Of a stretch of DNA of 46,831 nt, positions 33,594-41,562 are shown one piece after another. The notes below the pieces were generated by a model. The model was not told the origin of the DNA. It saw only the letters and a list, made by a program, of their open reading frames with translations, and did not search any database. How positions within the stretch are numbered: the stretch's first letter is position 1; each line of letters starts with the position of its first letter. The DNA comes from Eubacteriales bacterium (GTDB taxonomy: Bacteria; Bacillota; Clostridia; Oscillospirales; CAG-272). The DNA is taken from assembly GCA_045603205.1 (NCBI GenBank), contig JAZULS010000093.1, forward strand, positions 1 to 46,831. Direction: 5' to 3'. The position numbers and the translations under genes are program-made.

Positions 33594-35496
33594 TCGTCCT
33601 GCAGGTGGACCTCCCAAGGCTAAAAAGGGAACAATCGGTCGCCTTTTTAAGATGATCAGCGGATTTTACCCTGTGATGCTTCCCTTGATCGTCGTTTGTA
33701 TACTTATCAGCGCTATCGTCGGCGCAGTTCCGTCTCTCTTTATGCAGAGGGTCATCGCTATCATCGAGGAAAGCTTCGTAAGCGGTGCTCCTTGGAATGA
33801 AGTTTCCGGAGGTATATTCGCAACAGTATCCATACTCGTCGTGTTCTATGTTTCCTCGCTTCTGCTTACTATTCTTTGCAATCAGCTCGGTGCGATCGTA
33901 ACACAGGGAACGCTGAAAAAGATGCGCGAGCGTATGTTTGAGCGTATGCAGACCCTACCCGTAAAATTCTTTGATACTCATAACCACGGTGACGTGATGA
34001 GTACCTACACCAACGACATCGACACCCTCAGACAGCTTATTTCTCAGAGCTTGCCTCAGCTTCTTATCTCAGGCGTTACTATTGTGACACTCCTTTCCAT
34101 CATGGTCTACTTCAGCCTTTGGATGACTCTCGTAGTCGTTGCAGGCGTCGTTATTATGACTATGGTAGTCAAGAAGATCGGCGGCGGCTCGGCAAGATAT
34201 TTTATCCGGCAGCAGAAGGCTATCGGTAAGATGGAGGGCTTTGCCGAGGAGATGATGAACGGTCAGAAGGTCATCAAGGTCTTCTGCCATGAAGAAGAGA
34301 GCAAGGCTGACTTCGACCGTATCAATGACGCTCTTTATGAAGAGGCGTTCAAAGCGAATAAGTACGCTAATATTCTCGGTCCCGTGCTTAATAACATCGG
34401 TAACGTACTCTATGTGGTAATGGCTATCGTCGGCGGAATTCTGATGGTATCCGGTCTTCCCAATGTGTCCCTTTGCGGACTTCCCTTCGGAATCAGCATC
34501 GTAGTTCCTTTTCTTAACATGACCAAGCAGTTTGCAGGCAACATCGGTCAGGTTTCCCATCAGGTAAATGCTGTAGTTATGGGTCTTGCAGGTGCTGACA
34601 GAATCTTCACTCTTCTTGACGAGGAGAGTGAGTCAGACAACGGTTACGTAACTCTCGTAAACGTGAGGGAAGAGAACGGTGAGCTTGTTGAGTGCTCCGA
34701 GAGAACCTCTCATTGGGCGTGGAAACATCCCCACTCCGACGGAACTCTCACTTACACTCCTCTCATGGGTGACGTTGTTCTCGATGGCGTAGATTTTGCC
34801 TACGTTGAAGGCAAGACTGTACTTCACGACGTGTCACTTTACGCAAAGCCCGGTCAGAAAGTGGCGTTTGTCGGTGCCACCGGTGCCGGAAAGACCACCA
34901 TCACAAACCTTCTTAACCGTTTCTACGATATCGCAGACGGCAAGGTACGCTATGACGGTATAAACGTAAATAAGATCAGAAAAAGCGACCTAAGACGTGC
35001 TCTCGGCATCGTTCTTCAGGACACAAACCTGTTTACCAGCACGGTAATGGATAACATCCGCTACGGAAAGCTTGACGCGACTGACGAAGAGTGTATCTCT
35101 GCCGCAAAGCTTGCCGGTGCAGACGATTTTATCGTAAGACTTCCCGAAGGCTATGACACTATGATCACCGAGAACGGAGCAAATCTGTCTCAGGGACAGC
35201 GTCAGCTTCTTTCCATCGCCAGAGCGGCGGTTGCAGATCCGCCGGTAATGATCCTCGATGAGGCGACCTCCTCCATCGACACTCGTACAGAGGCTATCGT
35301 ACAGCGGGGTATGGACGCACTGATGCACGGACGCACAGTTTTCGTTATCGCTCACAGACTTTCCACCGTAAAGAACTCCGACGTAATCATCGTTCTTGAA
35401 AAGGGTAGGATCATCGAGCGCGGCAACCACGATGACCTCATTGCAAAGCGTGGTCAGTATTATAAACTTTACACAGGAGCTTTCGAGCTTGAATGA
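33583..35496 (+). CDS. ABC exporter half-transporter (TMD-NBD), the subunit with consensus NBD motifs
   Basis: Walker A GATGAGKTT, Walker B MILDEATS and H-loop VIAHR are all consensus. The signature is the non-canonical LSQGQ. ATG 33583 overlaps the upstream stop by 11 nt. The track extension from 33511 lies inside the upstream gene. Confidence 0.85.
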   Translation: MKNNRPAGGPPKAKKGTIGRLFKMISGFYPVMLPLIVVCILISAIVGAVPSLFMQRVIAIIEESFVSGAPWNEVSGGIFATVSILVVFYVSSLLLTILCNQLGAIVTQGTLKKMRERMFERMQTLPVKFFDTHNHGDVMSTYTNDIDTLRQLISQSLPQLLISGVTIVTLLSIMVYFSLWMTLVVVAGVVIMTMVVKKIGGGSARYFIRQQKAIGKMEGFAEEMMNGQKVIKVFCHEEESKADFDRINDALYEEAFKANKYANILGPVLNNIGNVLYVVMAIVGGILMVSGLPNVSLCGLPFGISIVVPFLNMTKQFAGNIGQVSHQVNAVVMGLAGADRIFTLLDEESESDNGYVTLVNVREENGELVECSERTSHWAWKHPHSDGTLTYTPLMGDVVLDGVDFAYVEGKTVLHDVSLYAKPGQKVAFVGATGAGKTTITNLLNRFYDIADGKVRYDGINVNKIRKSDLRRALGIVLQDTNLFTSTVMDNIRYGKLDATDEECISAAKLAGADDFIVRLPEGYDTMITENGANLSQGQRQLLSIARAAVADPPVMILDEATSSIDTRTEAIVQRGMDALMHGRTVFVIAHRLSTVKNSDVIIVLEKGRIIERGNHDDLIAKRGQYYKLYTGAFELE

Positions 35497-35500
35497 AAAT

Positions 35501-35530
35501 AAAAAATCCGCTGATCTCAGCGGATTTTTT
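35501..35530. terminator. Bidirectional terminator
   Basis: AAAAAATCCGCTG pairs with CAGCGGATTTTTT (35501-35530), between convergent genes. Confidence 0.7.
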
Positions 35531-35532
35531 AG

Positions 35533-36396
35533 TTAAATCTCAAAATATACTGTCTCTCCAGGCGGAACGAGAAGCTGACCGCTACCGTGACCTGTGTTGT
35601 ATCTCAGGTAAACGGGAATCTGAGTGGGATTATATACAAAAGTGGAATCTGCGGAATAGATGAGGCTGCGGAAAGCTTCGGTGTATTCGTATACCTCAAT
35701 ATTTGTAGCATACCAAATGTCGGGATTGTTTGCAACTATTTTGAATTGCTCTTCAAGCTTAGCAAATCCGTCATCCTCAAGGAAGTCAAAGGAATGTGCC
35801 CAACCCAAGAAGAGCCAGCCGTGATAGTAAAGATTCGGCTCATTCACAAATTTCTTGAGGCAATCCGTAGCGCCACCGTCGTTGAAGTGACAGGTGGGCT
35901 TCCACTCCATCCAAGTACCGGGGGCAGGAAGCTTGAAACTGCGGTCCTGCTCAATAATTCTACTGTAAACAAAGCCGGCCTGACGGGCGATTTCTATAAC
36001 GTCCGGGCTGTAGCTGCAGTAAGGATATACGTGTCCGCGAACAAGGGTACCAAACATACCTTCAAGCTTTCTTCGGTCCATCAGAAGGTCATACATGGCA
36101 TCAGCAGTACCGATATGTCCGAGAGCCTGATGCTCATAGCCGTGGGACGCAACTTCACAGTAATCCTTGTCGTAAAGATCAAGAGCTTGTTTCTCAGAGA
36201 GAGGTATGTGAGCGTGTCCTGTGGGTACGTCGGAATCCTTGGGGTATAATAGTCCTGAGGAGAGGTTGAACGTACCCTTTAGACCGTATTTTTTCATAAG
36301 CTCAACGAGGGGAATGTCGGAGTCGTGGCCATCGTCAAAGCTCATGGTAAAGGCTTTTGTTTTGAAGTCGGGGAATAATAATGTGATCTTGTTCAT
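35533..36396 (-). CDS. Polysaccharide deacetylase family protein (CE4-like)
   Basis: The N-terminal FTMSFDDGHDSD ... GLKGTFNL pattern and downstream His motifs are present. No signal peptide. Confidence 0.7.
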   Translation of the reverse strand: MNKITLLFPDFKTKAFTMSFDDGHDSDIPLVELMKKYGLKGTFNLSSGLLYPKDSDVPTGHAHIPLSEKQALDLYDKDYCEVASHGYEHQALGHIGTADAMYDLLMDRRKLEGMFGTLVRGHVYPYCSYSPDVIEIARQAGFVYSRIIEQDRSFKLPAPGTWMEWKPTCHFNDGGATDCLKKFVNEPNLYYHGWLFLGWAHSFDFLEDDGFAKLEEQFKIVANNPDIWYATNIEVYEYTEAFRSLIYSADSTFVYNPTQIPVYLRYNTGHGSGQLLVPPGETVYFEI

Positions 36397-36527
36397 AAAA
36401 ACCTCGAATGCTGTTGAAGTTTAAGTTATTATAATACTTTTGAGGAATACTGTCAAGCGTTGTCGCCGGATTCGCCGTCAATAATACTAAAAAAGCACGC
36501 AGAAAAAGGGATTTTGCTGTATAACTC

Positions 36528-36556
36528 TTGAAATAATAATATTTTTGTGATATACT
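36528..36556 (+). promoter_or_regulatory. Candidate sigma-A promoter of trkA-trkH
   Basis: TTGAAA (36528-36533), a 17-nt spacer ending in TGA, then TATACT (36551-36556). Confidence 0.5.
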
Positions 36557-36627
36557 CTAACAGAACGTAATTTGAGAGATTTTTTCCCGAATTATGCGCT
36601 GTTATAAGAATTGGGAGAATAAAAAAC

Positions 36628-37989
36628 GTGAAGATTATCGTTGTGGGATGCGGAAAGATCGGCGTCCATATTATCGCAAGTCTTGTGTCGGAGGGTCACG
36701 ACGTTGTGGCAATCGACTCAAGTCTCAACGCAGTTGATTCAATTACTAAAATCTACGACGTTATGGGTGTATGCGGAGAGGGTGCCGACTATGCTACTCT
36801 CAGCGAAGCAGGAGTTGAGAAGGCAGAACTTTTCATCGCCGTGGCAGGCTCAGACGAACTCAATATGCTTAGTTGCTTTATAGCAAAGCAGATGGGCGCA
36901 GAGCACACTATCGCCAGAATCAGAAATCCCCATTACAACGCCGACAGCCTTGGCTTTATATGCAGTAATCTCAGATTGGCAATGCCCATAAACCCTGAGC
37001 TGCTTGCGGCTCACGAGCTTTTCAACATCTTGAAACTTCCTGCTGCAGCAAAGATCGAGTCTTTCTCACGCAGAAACTTTGAAATGATTGAGCTTATCTT
37101 AAAGGCGGACTCTCCCCTTGACGGTCTGCGTGTTCTCGACGCGAGAAGCAAATACAGTGCTGAATTCGTCATTTGTGCCGTTCAGAGAGGCGATGAGATA
37201 TACATTCCCGACGGTAATTTCGTGCTGAAGAGCGGAGACAAGATTGCCGTAACTGCTGCCCATATTGAGATCCAGAAGTTGATGAAGGACATGGGACTGC
37301 TTCACAGGAAAGCGAAGAAGGTCATGCTTCTCGGCGGTAGCAGAACTGCGTTTTATCTTGCGAAAATGTTGACCGGTGTAGGTAACTCCGTCAAGATCAT
37401 CGAAAAAAATGAACACGTATGCGCGACCCTTGCGGAAACTCTTCCCAAAGCGGTCATCATCAACGGAGACGGTGCAAGTCAGGAACTGCTTATGGAAGAG
37501 GGAATCGACTCCGTAGACGCCTTCGTATCCCTCACGGGACTTGATGAGGTTAATATACTGATGTCTATTTTTGCCTCAAATCATAACGTGCCTAAGGTGA
37601 TTGCAAAGGTCAACAGCGACGAGCTTTCGTCGATCGCAGAAAACCTCGGACTTGACTGCATAACGTCCCCAAAAAAGGCGATCTCTGACGTGGTTATCAG
37701 ATATGCAAGAGCCCTTGAAAATTCCCTCGGCAGTAATATTGAAACCCTTTATACCTTTATGGATGGCAGAATCGAAGCTATCGAGTTTAACGTGGGTGCA
37801 GACTCAACTTTTGTTAATATTCCTATTGCTAAGCTGAATATCAAGCGCGGAATTCTGATAGCGGGAATTCTCAGAAACCGCAAACCGATAATTCCGACAG
37901 GTAACGAAGTGTTTATGGCGGGAGACAGAGTAATTGTGGTTTCCGAGCCGCAACATCTGAGTGATCTTTCTGAGATCGTAAAAGGATAA
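36628..37989 (+). CDS. trkA: Trk potassium uptake system NAD-binding subunit TrkA (two RCK repeats)
   Basis: MKIIVVGCGKIG and a second Rossmann motif VMLLGGSRTAFYLA. GTG start after GGGAG. Confidence 0.85.
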   Translation: MKIIVVGCGKIGVHIIASLVSEGHDVVAIDSSLNAVDSITKIYDVMGVCGEGADYATLSEAGVEKAELFIAVAGSDELNMLSCFIAKQMGAEHTIARIRNPHYNADSLGFICSNLRLAMPINPELLAAHELFNILKLPAAAKIESFSRRNFEMIELILKADSPLDGLRVLDARSKYSAEFVICAVQRGDEIYIPDGNFVLKSGDKIAVTAAHIEIQKLMKDMGLLHRKAKKVMLLGGSRTAFYLAKMLTGVGNSVKIIEKNEHVCATLAETLPKAVIINGDGASQELLMEEGIDSVDAFVSLTGLDEVNILMSIFASNHNVPKVIAKVNSDELSSIAENLGLDCITSPKKAISDVVIRYARALENSLGSNIETLYTFMDGRIEAIEFNVGADSTFVNIPIAKLNIKRGILIAGILRNRKPIIPTGNEVFMAGDRVIVVSEPQHLSDLSEIVKG

Positions 37990-38061
37990 TCGGGAGTGTT
38001 GTTCCGCAGACTTCGTTTTTATCAATGCTTTATTACAGTCTCGGACTGATTGGAGATTAAA

Positions 38062-39540
38062 ATGAATCACAAAGTTGTCTTTAGTATGGTGGGACTTATC
38101 CTTCGCCTTGAATCCGCCTTACTAATGCTTCCGCTGATCGTTTCGGCGATCTATAAAGAGGAGTGCGTTACCGCCTTTGCGTTTACCGTTATCCTCACTC
38201 TGGCGCTCGGACTTATTCTGCGTTTTGCCGTAAAGCCGGATAGCCAGGTTATCTTTGCTAAGGACGGTCTTGTTATCGTTGCATTGGCATGGGTAGTTAT
38301 GTCTCTTTTCGGGGCTCTTCCGTTTTATCTCAGCGGAGAAATTCCGTCTTATGTTGACGCTCTGTTTGAGACCGTCAGCGGCTTTACCACCACGGGCGCG
38401 TCCGTCGTTTCAAACGTGGAAACTCTCAGCCACGGAATTAATTTCTGGCGCTGCTTTACCCATTGGCTGGGAGGTATGGGTGTTATCGTATTCATTATGG
38501 CGATATTCCCCACAGAATCCGGCAGGTACATGCACATTATGAGTGCTGAGATGCCCGGACATAAGGTAGGTAAGCTGCTCCCGAGAGTTAAGGACACCGC
38601 AAAGATCCTTTACGTTATCTATATTGTGCTTACAGTAGCAGAGACTATTTTCCTCGTGTGCGGTGATATGGACCTTTTCGAAAGCATCCTTCACTCTTTT
38701 GCGACAGCGGGAACGGGCGGATTTGGCATCAAAGCTACCAGCATAGGCGGTTACAGCGCATATTCACAGTGGGTCATAACCGTATTCATGCTTCTGTTCG
38801 GCGTCAACTTTAACCTGTATTTTCTTATCCTCATCGGACGCGTGAAGTCTGTCTTCAAGAGTGAAGAATTGAGGATGTATCTTGGCATAGTAGCTTTTTC
38901 TGTTGTTTCTATTGCAATAAATGTCCGACACCTTTATGAGGGACTTGCCGAGACCATCAGATATTCTGCTTTCCAAGTGGCAACCGTAATCACGACTACA
39001 GGATTTTCCACGACTAACTTTGATCTTTGGCCGGATTTCTCGAAAACGTTACTGTTTCTTCTTATGTTTATTGGTGGATGTGCAGGCTCCACCGCAGGCG
39101 GACTTAAAGTTTCACGAATCTTTATTCTGTTCAAGGTTGCATTTAACAATATTAAGAAGATAATACATCCTAAAGCAGTCAGCTCTATTCAATTTGAAGG
39201 AAAACCTATTGACGATGAAACTAAAAAAGGCGTCAGTGACTATTTTGTGATTTACATGGGCCTTTTCATTGGAATATTCCTTCTCATCAGCCTTGAACCC
39301 TTCGGTTTTGAGACGAATATCTCTGCGGTCGCAGCGTGCATCAACAATATCGGTCCCGGATTTTCTCTCGTAGGTCCCGCGGCTGACTATTCTATATATT
39401 CGGGATTTTCGAAGATAGTTCTTTCTCTTGCAATGCTTCTCGGAAGGCTTGAACTCTATCCGGTGCTGATCCTGTTGGTACCTAATTCATGGTCCAAGAA
39501 AAAAAGCGGGGTACAATCTGTAAAAAGAGCTGTAAAATAA
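38062..39540 (+). CDS. trkH: TrkH-family potassium uptake membrane subunit
   Basis: Polytopic, with repeated selectivity-filter-like segments (SGFTTTGAS, TAGTGGFG, TTTGFST, CAGSTAGGLK). ATG 38062 follows GGAG. Confidence 0.85.
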   Translation: MNHKVVFSMVGLILRLESALLMLPLIVSAIYKEECVTAFAFTVILTLALGLILRFAVKPDSQVIFAKDGLVIVALAWVVMSLFGALPFYLSGEIPSYVDALFETVSGFTTTGASVVSNVETLSHGINFWRCFTHWLGGMGVIVFIMAIFPTESGRYMHIMSAEMPGHKVGKLLPRVKDTAKILYVIYIVLTVAETIFLVCGDMDLFESILHSFATAGTGGFGIKATSIGGYSAYSQWVITVFMLLFGVNFNLYFLILIGRVKSVFKSEELRMYLGIVAFSVVSIAINVRHLYEGLAETIRYSAFQVATVITTTGFSTTNFDLWPDFSKTLLFLLMFIGGCAGSTAGGLKVSRIFILFKVAFNNIKKIIHPKAVSSIQFEGKPIDDETKKGVSDYFVIYMGLFIGIFLLISLEPFGFETNISAVAACINNIGPGFSLVGPAADYSIYSGFSKIVLSLAMLLGRLELYPVLILLVPNSWSKKKSGVQSVKRAVK

Positions 39541-39544
39541 CAAG

Positions 39545-39578
39545 AAAAAACGGAATTTCAGATGAAATTCCGTTTTTT
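39545..39578. terminator. Bidirectional terminator shared by trkH and queT
   Basis: AAAAAACGGAATTTC (39545-39559) pairs with GAAATTCCGTTTTTT (39564-39578) around loop AGAT. The right arm encodes the last queT codons (KKRNFI-stop). Confidence 0.7.
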
Positions 39579-40076
39579 GCTTTCTTTAATTAAGAGCTGC
39601 TTGTCAAGCCCCGTTTTGATTATGACCTTTGCTAAGAGTCCACCGATCAACGTGCAGGATAATATCTCACCCACCGCAACAGTAAATGCAGTGTATATGT
39701 AAAGAATATCCGGTATGTCCATTAGCTTCAGTATAATGGGGACTGCTATAGCATTTGCCGCCACGGTAGGAAGGGAAGACAAATATCTCAGCTTCCCGTG
39801 TCGCAACAGATATGCACCAAGGGCACCGACAAGAGTTGCGGCAGTACCGATGGTAATGTCGAAGATGCTTGAAGTCGTCAAAAGATTCGATACGAAGCAT
39901 CCCACGGTGACGCCCGGTATAGCAGCAGGGGTGAATATCGGCAGGATACAGAGTGCTTCTCCAAGTCTGCATTGAATTGCATAGGAAGAAAGCCCGAACA
40001 ATGTTGAAATATAGGTTAAAACAACGTAAAGTGCGGCAATAATACCTGCCTGGGTAAGATAGAGTGAACGTTTCAC
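39558..40076 (-). CDS. queT: Queuosine-precursor transporter QueT (ECF S-component type)
   Basis: A ~170-aa polytopic protein with a QueT-like pattern (QCRLGEALCILPIF...AIPGVTVGCFVSNLL). GTG 40076 lies 10 nt after AAGGAG. A preQ1-type aptamer lies immediately upstream. Confidence 0.7.
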   Translation of the reverse strand: MKRSLYLTQAGIIAALYVVLTYISTLFGLSSYAIQCRLGEALCILPIFTPAAIPGVTVGCFVSNLLTTSSIFDITIGTAATLVGALGAYLLRHGKLRYLSSLPTVAANAIAVPIILKLMDIPDILYIYTAFTVAVGEILSCTLIGGLLAKVIIKTGLDKQLLIKESKKRNFI

Positions 40077-40086
40077 TGTGAAAAAT

Positions 40087-40127
40087 CTCCTTAGTTTTGA
40101 TTTTTGTGAGGATGGTTTCGAACTCAC
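40087..40127 (-). promoter_or_regulatory. preQ1 class I riboswitch candidate controlling queT translation
   Basis: The minus-strand RNA reads GUGAG-UUCGAAACCAUC-CUCAC-AAAAAUCAAAACUAAGGAG. It has a 5-bp P1, a loop starting UUC and ending in C, and an A-rich tail ending ACUAAGG that contains the SD. Compare B. subtilis AGAGG-UUCUAGCUACAC-CCUCU-AUAAAAAACUAAGG. I could not align the P2 pairing register confidently. Confidence 0.55.
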
Positions 40128-40135
40128 ATATTTTT

Positions 40136-40162
40136 AAGCAGAGAGACAGAGCCTCTCTGCTT
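40136..40162. terminator. Strong hairpin between the small Cys-rich gene and the riboswitch
   Basis: AAGCAGAGAG (40136-40145) pairs with CTCTCTGCTT (40153-40162). The T-run follows it only on the plus strand, while the flanking genes are on the minus strand. Confidence 0.4.
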
Positions 40163-40167
40163 ATTTT

Positions 40168-40401
40168 TTAAAACAGTACACAACCCATTTTCTTGAAATA
40201 CTCGGCTTTACGAAGAAGCTCTTCTTTTGACACGCCGATGTATTTCGAAAGACAGTCGATGCACATAAATTCAGTAGATCCGCGGTTGATCATCTTTTTG
40301 TGGAGTCCCACGTCGATGTTCTTCAGTGTGCAGGAACACTTGATGCACTTCATCCTGTTAGAAACAGATGAGGCGTCGGGACGTTTGAATGCCAATTCCA
40401 T
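40168..40401 (-). CDS. Small Cys-rich (putative zinc-ribbon) protein, function unknown
   Basis: CIKCSC ... CIDC cysteine pairs followed by a helical tail (VSKEELLRKAEYFKKMGC). ATG 40401 overlaps the GH27 stop as TAATG. An alternative internal start is MKCIKC at 40353. Confidence 0.5.
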   Translation of the reverse strand: MELAFKRPDASSVSNRMKCIKCSCTLKNIDVGLHKKMINRGSTEFMCIDCLSKYIGVSKEELLRKAEYFKKMGCVLF

Positions 40402-41531
40402 TATCTTTTGACAAGTCTACCCTTGAGGACTCTGGTGTGGTGTGCCTTAACGTCCATCTTGAGGATGTCGGAGGTTCTGTAAAGCTTTTCTCCGGTGAAT
40501 ATGTCGTAGAACTCAAAGACATAACCATCGCGGGGAGAAAGACCGATCTCGGTGAACCAAGGACCAGCCCAAGAGTGATCGTCGTCAGAGAAGTTGATAA
40601 GAGCGAGAGCATACTCACCGTTGGAAAGGTGCTTGAAGAGGAAGGGGATATCGTTTCCGCTGGTGGTTGTGCAAATGAAGGGAGGACGAACCTCAGGGTC
40701 CTGGTTGATTGAGATAAGTTCACGGTTTGTGAGAAGCTTCTTTGTCTCTTCAGTCATGTTACGAATGTCGCAACCGATCATAAGAGGCTGAGAAAGCATA
40801 CACCAGATGGCGAAGTGAGTAGCGTACTCAGCATCATTGCATCCGCCATCGCCGACGTTACCTTTGCCGTACATACCGCAGACAAGCATATCCATATCAT
40901 TGAAGCAGGAGGGACCGGAGAGACACATATTGTTCTTCTGCTGCTCGTAGATAGACTTTACAGACTCAAAGTTATCCTTAATATCGAAGGTTGAGCGATA
41001 CATGTCAGCACCGACACTTCTTGCCCAGCCGAGAGTATCTTCCATACCCCAGTTGCAAACGGAGTAAACGATGTCACGTCCGGTAGCGTTGAGAGCCATT
41101 CTCATTCTGTTGTAGAGAGTCCAACCCTGAACGTTGTGGGGGTGAGTACACCAGTCGTACTTGAGGAAGTCAACTTCATTTCTTGCGAAGAATTTTGCGT
41201 CCTGATATTCTCTGTCAAGGCTTCCGGGATATCCTGCACAGGTAAGGGGACCACAGCAGGAGTACATACCGAACTTGAGGCCCTTGGAGTGAATATAGTC
41301 AGCGAGATACTTGAGACCGTGGGGGAATTTCTCGGGGTCAGCTACAAGATCACCGTTTTCGTCGCGCTCCTTGAGGGACCAGCAGTCGTCGATAACCACG
41401 TACTCGTAGCCTGCATCGCGGAGACCGGTCTCAACCATAGCGTCAGCGGTTTCCATGATAAGCTGCTCGTTAATATTTTCACCGAATGTATTCCATGAGT
41501 TCCAACCCATTGGCGGTTTATTTACTATCAT
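40401..41531 (-). CDS. GH27 alpha-galactosidase (copy A)
   Basis: MIVNKPPMGWNSWNTFG, YEYVVIDDCW, FLKYDWC (nucleophile region) and NDMDML (acid/base region). No signal peptide. Confidence 0.85.
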   Translation of the reverse strand: MIVNKPPMGWNSWNTFGENINEQLIMETADAMVETGLRDAGYEYVVIDDCWSLKERDENGDLVADPEKFPHGLKYLADYIHSKGLKFGMYSCCGPLTCAGYPGSLDREYQDAKFFARNEVDFLKYDWCTHPHNVQGWTLYNRMRMALNATGRDIVYSVCNWGMEDTLGWARSVGADMYRSTFDIKDNFESVKSIYEQQKNNMCLSGPSCFNDMDMLVCGMYGKGNVGDGGCNDAEYATHFAIWCMLSQPLMIGCDIRNMTEETKKLLTNRELISINQDPEVRPPFICTTTSGNDIPFLFKHLSNGEYALALINFSDDDHSWAGPWFTEIGLSPRDGYVFEFYDIFTGEKLYRTSDILKMDVKAHHTRVLKGRLVKR

Positions 41532-41562
41532 AACGTTCTACCTTTCTTTGTAATACCAAAAA

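Noticed and set aside
36397-36627. An expected c-di-AMP (ydaO-type) or other riboswitch in the 230-nt region upstream of trkA-trkH
   Set aside because: The region resolves into a plain sigma-A promoter (36528-36556) and a ~65-nt AT-rich leader. It has none of the conserved GC-rich pseudo-symmetric helices of that riboswitch class, so the sequence gives no support.
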